Assembly: GCA_039809905.1 (NCBI GenBank)
Contig: JBDHVY010000001.1
Location: 690,001-722,000, forward strand
Direction: 5' to 3'
Length of the DNA: 32,000 nucleotides
DNA from: Candidatus Babelota bacterium
GTDB lineage: Bacteria; Babelota; Babeliae; Babelales; Vermiphilaceae
Shown: positions 25,157 to 32,000 of the stretch, piece after piece
How the letters are laid out: each line of letters begins with the position of its first letter
How positions within the stretch are numbered: the stretch's first letter is position 1
The notes under the pieces: model-generated
Database searches by the model: none
The model's input: the letters and a program-made list of their open reading frames with translations, nothing else
Told to the model about the DNA's origin: nothing
Translations under genes and position numbers: made by a program

Positions 25157-25191
25157 GGGGGTCCCCAGCCGTGGCGTAGCATAGGCTGGGG
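25157..25191 (+). promoter_or_regulatory. recurrent G/C-tract element, copy C
   Basis: TTCTTTATA-GGGGGTCCCC-AGCCGTGGCGTAGCATAGGCT-GGGG-CTTAGAAT, in the rpmA leader region. Confidence 0.6.
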
Positions 25192-25304
25192 CTTAGAATT
25201 TGACTTTTAATCTGTTTTAGGCCATTATTTTAATTACATAGATGATATCATTTCTGTAGATATTCAAGAAAAATAAATAGTTTCATTTTTGAAGGACATA
25301 TCCA

Positions 25305-25562
25305 ATGGCAACCAGTAAATCGGGTGGAAGTACCCAGAATAATAGAGAAAGTCATAGTAAGCGGCTAGGCTGTAAATTATTTGATGGTCACAAAGTTTTT
25401 GGTGGCGAAATTATTGTTCGTCAGCGTGGAACACATATTCATCCAGGCAAACAAGTTCTTCGTGGCGGTGATGATACTTTATTTGTGACTGCTCCAGGCG
25501 TGATTAAATATCACTTTGGTCCTAAAGGTCGTAAATACGTATCTGTTATCAGCCCTAAGTAG
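25305..25562 (+). CDS. rpmA: 50S ribosomal protein bL27
   Basis: MATSKSGGSTQNNRESHSKRLGCKLFDG...GEIIVRQRGTHIHPGKQVLRGGDDTLFVTAPG. Confidence 0.96.
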   Translation: MATSKSGGSTQNNRESHSKRLGCKLFDGHKVFGGEIIVRQRGTHIHPGKQVLRGGDDTLFVTAPGVIKYHFGPKGRKYVSVISPK

Positions 25563-25691
25563 TAATGTTTTGAGTAAGAATGAGGCTGCCTTATTAAAAA
25601 GACTTTATCTATGGATAAAGATATTTTAATAAGTTATAAAAAAGTAGAATAAAAAAGGTTTAAAACAAATATACTGCGGAAAAGAACGAAT

Positions 25692-26579
25692 ATGCAGATG
25701 ATTAATTTTTTGAAATACCGTACTGCAACAGCTTTGTCATCGCTGTGCTTAATTATTGCATTTGGCGTGACAGCAGTTTATCGGTACCAGACTCGTGGTT
25801 CAGTATACACATATAGTGTTGATTTTACGGGTGGAACTCAGGTTTTATTTGGATTTGATCAACCAGTTGATAGTGCCTCTGTCAGGCAAATTATTGCTGA
25901 TTCGGGATTGCCAAGCGCAAACACACGTGAATTTAGTGATAATGAAGTTCTTGTGCGTGTTAAGGAATATGAAAGTGATGCTGTTGGTCTTGGCGAGCGC
26001 ATGAAAGTTGCTCTTCAGGATCAAATGCCAGATAACACGGTGCGTGTTTTACAAACGGAAAGTGTTGGGGCTGGTGTTGGAGCTGATTTACGGGGTAAAT
26101 CCACGTATGCAGTTATTATAGCATTAATTTGTATGTTGCTTTATATAGCAATGCGCTTCTGGTCGTTTGCTTTTGCAGCAGGTGCGATTTTTGCTTTAGC
26201 TCATGATGCACTTGTTATGTTGGCAATATTTTTATTTCTTGATCGTGAAATATCAATTAATTTTATTGCAGCAGTGTTAGCTGTTCTTGGGTATTCAATC
26301 AATGATACAATTGTGATTTTTGCTCAAATACGTGAATTTATGAAAAAGAGCAAAGGTCTACCACTAGAAACAATCGTGAACGAGAGCCTTAATTATACGT
26401 TGCGTAGAACTGTTCTTTTAAGTCTTTCAACAGGATTGCCAGTTATGGTAATGCTTATATTTGGTGGAGAGGCTTTGCAAGATTTTTCACTTGCTTTATT
26501 AATTGGAATAATTTTTGGAACATATTCTTCAATTTATATTGCAAGTCCTATTATGATGTTATTGCAACCAAAGCAATAA
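25692..26579 (+). CDS. secF: protein translocase subunit SecF
   Basis: SVDFTGGTQVLFGF, LAHDALVMLAIF, AAVLAVLGYSINDTIVIFAQIRE, RRTVLLSLST; six-TM pattern. Confidence 0.95.
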   Translation: MQMINFLKYRTATALSSLCLIIAFGVTAVYRYQTRGSVYTYSVDFTGGTQVLFGFDQPVDSASVRQIIADSGLPSANTREFSDNEVLVRVKEYESDAVGLGERMKVALQDQMPDNTVRVLQTESVGAGVGADLRGKSTYAVIIALICMLLYIAMRFWSFAFAAGAIFALAHDALVMLAIFLFLDREISINFIAAVLAVLGYSINDTIVIFAQIREFMKKSKGLPLETIVNESLNYTLRRTVLLSLSTGLPVMVMLIFGGEALQDFSLALLIGIIFGTYSSIYIASPIMMLLQPKQ

Positions 26580-26820
26580 GAGCAAAATTATCCCAAATTG
26601 CTGACAAGTTCTTTTGGGATTCTTATACAAGATTACATGAAAATATGATCATTTTGATTTATAAAAAGCGCCATATCATATATGTGCTTCATAATCAAAA
26701 TGATCAGCTTATGTTTATACGCTAATCTTAGCAATGTCATTTTTTTAAATCTTTTTTATACAAATTCAAGGAATAATGCATGACGAAAAACGTCATAGTA
26801 TCTTTTTATAGGAGGACTGA

Positions 26821-28440
26821 ATGAAAACTCGCGACGTAAAAACAACTGATTCTGTAGGGACAACCGAAGAAAATCAAGAAGTAACACAAAAAGTAGTACA
26901 GCCTCTGTCTCCATCACAACCGACACGCCAACGTGCTCCAAGAAATTCTCAAAAAAATGTTTCGCAGCAGCAGCCGCCAGTAGAAAACAGTAAGCCAGCT
27001 GCAGAGCCAGCGGTGGCAAGTGAACAATATTCTCCTATTGATCGAGATGCAATGCCACAAGAACGCAAAGATACGGCGTTGCCACGAGAAGAACATAATC
27101 GTCCTATGTCTGCGCATCAACAACCATATCATCAACCACATGCCGTTTCTGAAAGACCTGCATATATCAAGCGACCGCTTGAAGATTTATCATTATCAGA
27201 ATTAGTTCAATATGCTCGTCGCTATGGAATTATGGGTGCTGCAATAACCAAAAAAGATGAATTACTTAAAAAAGTTCGTTTTGCAGAAGAAAATCCTAAC
27301 TTTGAGATGGTAGTTGAAGGTGTTCTTGAAAAATTACCTGATGGATTTGGTTTTTTACGCTCTTCTCTTTATGATTATGTTTCTGGCCCGGATGATATTT
27401 ATGTTTCTCCATCTCAAATCAGAAGATTTGGTTTGCGTACGGGAGATACTATCAAGGGTGAAATCAGAAAACCAAAAGAAGGTGAAAAATATTTTGCTTT
27501 GCTGAAAGTATCACAAGTAAATTATGCAGAACCTCTTTCTATGATCGATCGATCACACTTTGATAGTTTAAGTCCTCAGCATCCTACTGAAAAATTTAAC
27601 CTTGAATTTGATCCAATGGCTCTCTCAACACGTATTTTAGATTTGTTCACTCCGGTGGGTAAAGGACAACGTGGATTGATAGTAGCACCACCTAAAGTTG
27701 GTAAAACGCTTTTACTTAAAGAAATTGCACGTGCAATTATTCAAAATCATCCAGAAGCGCACTTGATAGTATTATGCGTTGATGAGCGTCCTGAAGAGGT
27801 TGCTGATATGCGCAGAACACTTAAAGGAACAATGGCAGAAGTTATTAGTTCAACATTTGATGAATCAGCTGAGCGCCATGTTCAAGTTGCAGAAATTGTT
27901 CTAGAAAAAGCAAAGCGCTTAGTTGAATGCAATCGTGATGTTGTAGTATTGCTTGATTCGATTACTCGTCTTGCACGAGCATATAATACTGTTGCTCCTG
28001 CATCAGGTAAAGTTTTAACAGGTGGTATTGATGCTCATGCATTACAACGGCCAAAAAGATTTTTTGGTGCAGCACGCGCAACAGAAGAAGCTGGTTCATT
28101 AACTATCTTAGCAACAGCGTTAGTTGAAACTGGTTCACGAATGGATGAAGTGATCTTTGAAGAATTCAAAGGTACGGGTAATATGGAAATGAATATGACG
28201 CGTAAGCTTTCGCATCGCCGCATATTTCCAGCATTTGATCTTCTTGTTTCAGGAACACGTCGTGATGATTTACTTCTTTCTGAAGAAGAACTTAATAAAG
28301 TATGGATTTTGCAGAAGTTGCTTTCTAGCATGAATACTATAGAAGGTATGGAATTCTTGATTGATAAAATGAAGAAAACCAAAACAAATGCAGAGTTCTT
28401 TGAATCGATTAATAAACGAACTACTGAAGTACGAGAATAA
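26821..28440 (+). CDS. rho: transcription termination factor Rho with Q/P-rich N-terminal extension
   Basis: [101 protein letters not shown]. Confidence 0.97.
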   Translation: MKTRDVKTTDSVGTTEENQEVTQKVVQPLSPSQPTRQRAPRNSQKNVSQQQPPVENSKPAAEPAVASEQYSPIDRDAMPQERKDTALPREEHNRPMSAHQQPYHQPHAVSERPAYIKRPLEDLSLSELVQYARRYGIMGAAITKKDELLKKVRFAEENPNFEMVVEGVLEKLPDGFGFLRSSLYDYVSGPDDIYVSPSQIRRFGLRTGDTIKGEIRKPKEGEKYFALLKVSQVNYAEPLSMIDRSHFDSLSPQHPTEKFNLEFDPMALSTRILDLFTPVGKGQRGLIVAPPKVGKTLLLKEIARAIIQNHPEAHLIVLCVDERPEEVADMRRTLKGTMAEVISSTFDESAERHVQVAEIVLEKAKRLVECNRDVVVLLDSITRLARAYNTVAPASGKVLTGGIDAHALQRPKRFFGAARATEEAGSLTILATALVETGSRMDEVIFEEFKGTGNMEMNMTRKLSHRRIFPAFDLLVSGTRRDDLLLSEEELNKVWILQKLLSSMNTIEGMEFLIDKMKKTKTNAEFFESINKRTTEVRE

Positions 28441-28445
28441 TTAGT

Positions 28446-28488
28446 AAGCCCCATTCTTTATTGTATGATGAATGGGGCGCTTTTTTTA
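28446..28488. terminator. terminator between convergent rho and the 28501 gene
   Basis: aGCCCCATTCtttattgtatgatGAATGGGGCgcTTTTTTT. Confidence 0.8.
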
Positions 28489-28500
28489 GTATTTGTGGTT

Positions 28501-30303
28501 TCAATCAAGCTCTTGTAATTCAGCTGGTTCTACTAAATGTTCTTTTTCCATTTCTTTATACTCACTTTCATCATCATTTTCATCAACATCTGGAAAATCA
28601 AAAAATTCTTCATCTGAAGCTTCACCTTTAGGGCTTAAAGAGATAGCATTCTGTATTGCTTCAGGCAACTCTCTATATCTTTCTTGTTCTCTTTCTTTAG
28701 TCTGTTCTAATGCTTTTTTTTCTTCTAACTGTTGTTTTACTTTTGAAAATAAAGATTTACCCCAATCTATCCATGATTGTGTTTGAGCACTTTCTGGTTC
28801 ATAAATTTTTTGCCACTCTTGTTCTTCTTTATTAATTTGTTGTTGGCGAGCTTCTGCTTTTTGCAGAGCTTCTGCTTCTTTGTTTATTTTTTCTTGTTCA
28901 ATTGATATGCCTGTTTGAGAATTGTACTCTCTTTTATCGTTATTTTCATCTATCGCTACAACATTGCCTGAGGTATTGAAAAATGCTGCTTGTGTTGTAT
29001 CAGATAACGTGAGAATAGTTTTGCCAGATGACGTATCAATAAGTTGATAATAAGATTTATTTGTTGTTCTTTGTAATGAAAGCAAGCGAGATTCTTCTGT
29101 ATTAAATGTAAAAGTAATGATCTCGTTCAAGTCTTTTTTTATGTCACCAGAAGATGTATCAACTACGAGGGTTCGCATTGAAGAAGAACCCAACAATCCC
29201 CCTGACCATTCTTGTGTGGTACTTTTTTCTTCATGATTAATGATTAAAAATTTTCTTTTTGGACTGAATTGATATGAGATAACGTTTTTAATTTTTTCCA
29301 ACTCTGTTGCTGGCTTACCAGTAATAATTACTTTCATCTTGCTATAAGCATGATCATACATTGCTGTTATTAAAGGTTTGCCTTCTTGTGTTTGCTTTTC
29401 TTCAATTTGAATTGTTGGTTGTGTGCTGATAATATTTATTATTTTGCGATATAGTGAAAGACGAACATTTCTTTTTATAGATACTGTTTTTGTTGTTCCG
29501 CTATCGTAGGTTACCGAAAGTTCATCTTCTTTTGTGAAATGAATGTCTTGAATGTTTTCAAATACGGCTATCATCGTTGCAGATGCAATATCAAAAAGAT
29601 AATATCTTAAAATTTCGCGCGTCCCTTTTTGTTCTCGTAATGGAAGTCCTTCGGAGGTTGTACCGCTTTCTTTTTCGCTTGGTTTTTTAAAACCAAATAT
29701 TTCTTGAAGATATTCTACAGCGCTGCTCAATTGAGTGCTTGCCAACAATAATGTTTTTTCTTGTGGACTAAATTGTTGAGTAATAAGAGATCCTTTAAAA
29801 GATATTACTACATTTCTTGAATGTATATCATAGAGATCCGTAATAGGTGAAGTACCTATGCGTTCCGGGCCAAAAACCATACCTTTTAATACACTGCCAA
29901 AAGTATATCGTTGCAATACGATATACTTTTTATGTGGACTAAATTGATAACCAGTTGTTTTATCAAATACTTTTTGAGGAACAAATTTATCTTCCGGTTG
30001 GTTAAGGCCGCTTATATCATTTTTAAGTATAAGTTTTTTTTCACTTGCATTATAAAAAGCTATAGGAGGTCTTTCTGCTATTTCTGTTAATTTTGGTGAT
30101 AAAAAAGTACTGATCTTCGGTTTTGTTACAGAAGATGCCACGGGTTCTTTTAGTTGTGCTGTTGGATAAAAAAATTTTTTTATAGAAGCAATGTAAGGAG
30201 CAATTGTTTGCTTAAGTATACCTTGTTTTTGACTTTGCTCAGATGGTACAAGATAAGACATTATTCCTAATGAAAAACAGAATAATATAATTAACTTTTT
30301 CAT
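28501..30303 (-). CDS. large secreted protein, possible WD40/beta-propeller-like
   Basis: Signal peptide MKKLIILFCFSLGIMSYLVPS; recurring YQFSPHKKYIVLQ, QQFSPQEKTLLLAS, YQFSPKRKFLIIN blocks; acidic C-terminus. Confidence 0.7.
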   Translation of the reverse strand: MKKLIILFCFSLGIMSYLVPSEQSQKQGILKQTIAPYIASIKKFFYPTAQLKEPVASSVTKPKISTFLSPKLTEIAERPPIAFYNASEKKLILKNDISGLNQPEDKFVPQKVFDKTTGYQFSPHKKYIVLQRYTFGSVLKGMVFGPERIGTSPITDLYDIHSRNVVISFKGSLITQQFSPQEKTLLLASTQLSSAVEYLQEIFGFKKPSEKESGTTSEGLPLREQKGTREILRYYLFDIASATMIAVFENIQDIHFTKEDELSVTYDSGTTKTVSIKRNVRLSLYRKIINIISTQPTIQIEEKQTQEGKPLITAMYDHAYSKMKVIITGKPATELEKIKNVISYQFSPKRKFLIINHEEKSTTQEWSGGLLGSSSMRTLVVDTSSGDIKKDLNEIITFTFNTEESRLLSLQRTTNKSYYQLIDTSSGKTILTLSDTTQAAFFNTSGNVVAIDENNDKREYNSQTGISIEQEKINKEAEALQKAEARQQQINKEEQEWQKIYEPESAQTQSWIDWGKSLFSKVKQQLEEKKALEQTKEREQERYRELPEAIQNAISLSPKGEASDEEFFDFPDVDENDDESEYKEMEKEHLVEPAELQELD

Positions 30304-30342
30304 AAATACAATCCTTATAGCTGCAATTTTTCAGATTTGTAT

Positions 30343-31179
30343 TTATTGTAAAAGATGCAACGAGTTGTTTTCAACTTTTTGCGATTTATTAATAAGTTGA
30401 GGAATATATTTTATGGTAATGGGCTTGCATGGTTTGCTATAAGGTTTTTTTGTGATCTTTGGATAATTAAGACGTCGTGCTTCTTTTGTAATAAGCAAGG
30501 GCACTTTTTGCAGGCTGGCATTATATATTTCGGTTATAGTTATGTGTTGTTTTTGATTATGAGGAACATACGGGATAATTGATAAATTGATCGGAGTTGC
30601 TTTTTGTGGAATTGGTGAACACATGAAAGATTCTTCATCATCAGAATAAGATTGATAATCATCAGAATAAGAAGATTCATCAATTGAAGATTCATCAGAT
30701 AAATCTTCTGAGTTTTCTTCATTTTTTTGTAGAGTTTTTATGAAAGATTGCTTATTAATATATCTTATTTTATAACGTTCTTCAGGTTCTCCGTTTTTTG
30801 TTTTTGTATCTTGTACCTTTATTTCTGGATCTATGGCTTTTGGTATAATGGTATTTTTGCTGGTTTCGATTTTATTTTTTTTAATGAGAATAATATATGT
30901 CCATATTTTTTTGAAAAAAAAACAGATCATAGAATGCAAAGATTGTGAGCGCATTGAAAATATATCGTTATAATTTTGAGTGCTTGCAATTATTCTGCTC
31001 ATCTCAATTTTTCTTATGTGGTTAAATAATTGAGAGCATTGATGATACTTTTGTTTTGTATATGTTTGAACATGAAATAAGAATGAATGGGAGGTATTGT
31101 TTTCCTCGCCTGTGCAATAGCTAAAGAATAATAAAAAGAGTAGTGATATGTTGTTTCGATAACAATAATCTTTTTTCAT
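30343..31179 (-). CDS. hypothetical protein, predicted secreted/membrane, with acidic Ser/Asp-rich central region
   Basis: Hydrophobic N-terminus SLLFLLFFSYCTGEE; EENSEDLSDESSIDESSYSDDYQSYSDDEESF. Confidence 0.6.
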   Translation of the reverse strand: MKKDYCYRNNISLLFLLFFSYCTGEENNTSHSFLFHVQTYTKQKYHQCSQLFNHIRKIEMSRIIASTQNYNDIFSMRSQSLHSMICFFFKKIWTYIILIKKNKIETSKNTIIPKAIDPEIKVQDTKTKNGEPEERYKIRYINKQSFIKTLQKNEENSEDLSDESSIDESSYSDDYQSYSDDEESFMCSPIPQKATPINLSIIPYVPHNQKQHITITEIYNASLQKVPLLITKEARRLNYPKITKKPYSKPCKPITIKYIPQLINKSQKVENNSLHLLQ

Positions 31180-31207
31180 ATCATACTCCTTTTTGTATAG
31201 CTACTAC

Positions 31208-32000
31208 TTAATATATATCCAAAGTCAAATCTGAGTATTTACCTTGTTGTGCTTTATAATTACCCACAAAAGCAATCATTGCAGCATTATCAGTACAGAA
31301 TGCACGAGACGGATGAAAAAAAGGAATATTACGAGATTCTGTGCATGATTTTAATCGTCCAACAATATAATTATTACAAGCAACACCACCAACAAAAGCT
31401 AAGGCTTTAATATCAGGATAGTTGTGTAGAGCGAGCACTATTTTTTGTTCAAAAATATCTGCCATACATACTAATAATGAACTAGCAACTTCCTTTTGTA
31501 ATTGTATGTCATCTGGTCGCAAAAATGTTTTTGTTTCTAAATCATATCCACCGCGTCGTACTAAATCATAGAGTACAGCTGTTTTAAGTCCAGAAAAGCT
31601 AAAATCCAATGTTTTATGTTTTGATCGGGGATAATGATAAAAATCTTGGAAATTAACATCTCGCGCAAGTTTTTCAATAACTGGTCCACCGGGATAAGGC
31701 AGATTCATTAATTTTGCAATTTTATCAAAGGCTTCACCTGCTGCATCATCCTGTGTTTCACCAAGAACTTCATAATCTCCGAAATTTTTTATGAGATACA
31801 ATGATGTATGCCCACCTGATGCAGTCAAACAAAGATAAGGGAATGGAACATTATGTTCTATTCCCGTTGAAAACGCATGGCCTTCTAAGTGATTAATGCC
31901 AATTAGTTTTTTGTTTTTTGCCCATGCAAGTGATTTTGCAAAGCACACGCCCACCAATAATGATCCGGGAAGACCTGGCTTATGAGTAGCGGCAATAACA
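31208..32000 (-). CDS. tsaD: tRNA N6-adenosine threonylcarbamoyltransferase (TsaD), N-terminus beyond window
   Basis: Reading frame open to the edge: VIAATHKPGLPGSLLVGVCFAKSLAWAKNKKLIGINHLEGHAFS; LTASGGHTSLYL, DDAAGEAFDKIAKLMNLPYPGGP, FVGGVACNNY. Confidence 0.95.
   Translation of the reverse strand, partial: VIAATHKPGLPGSLLVGVCFAKSLAWAKNKKLIGINHLEGHAFSTGIEHNVPFPYLCLTASGGHTSLYLIKNFGDYEVLGETQDDAAGEAFDKIAKLMNLPYPGGPVIEKLARDVNFQDFYHYPRSKHKTLDFSFSGLKTAVLYDLVRRGGYDLETKTFLRPDDIQLQKEVASSLLVCMADIFEQKIVLALHNYPDIKALAFVGGVACNNYIVGRLKSCTESRNIPFFHPSRAFCTDNAAMIAFVGNYKAQQGKYSDLTLDIY

Noticed and set aside
26781-26795. TGACGAAAAACGTCA hairpin in the rho leader
   Set aside because: Only a 5-bp stem with an A5 loop and no strong U-run; too weak to call an attenuator from sequence alone.
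1-32000. CRISPR arrays, tRNA or rRNA genes, transposases, prophage modules
   Set aside because: No regularly spaced direct repeats, no cloverleaf/CCA-like tRNA segments, no rRNA signatures, and no transposase or integrase motifs in any supplied ORF.

Overview
This 32 kb, AT-rich window looks like part of a small-genome, probably host-associated bacterium. The housekeeping genes plus many small signal-peptide proteins suggest Candidatus Dependentiae/TM6 or similar; that placement is an inference and no database was searched. Recognisable genes: secreted PP2C phosphatase, lipoprotein-like GNAT, truA, rpsR, rpsF, an XRE-S24-like regulator, rnhB, a secreted PI3/4-kinase/HipA-like protein, ftsY, a secreted endonuclease/exonuclease/phosphatase, prmC, a possible pilM/pilN-like pair, polA, a secreted PEBP, rpmA, secF, rho and tsaD (truncated by the window edge). 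The accessory content is mostly a tandem array of signal-peptide/TM paralogs (2906-7291, shared 'AQWL...II...KI' core), with duplicated terminator+promoter cassettes between several of them, and a second paralog pair flanking prmC-pilM/N-like. The most unusual non-coding signal is a recurrent intergenic element with fixed geometry: TCTTnAnn-GGGG(n)TCCCCA-N~20-TGGGG. The spacing between the C-tract and the second G-tract is exactly 21 nt. Copies lie at 1974-2007, 8522-8555, 9317-9348, 19317-19351 and 25157-25191, with weaker relatives near 7410-7443, 26592-26618 and 28449-28477. The complete copies share one orientation relative to the next downstream gene.
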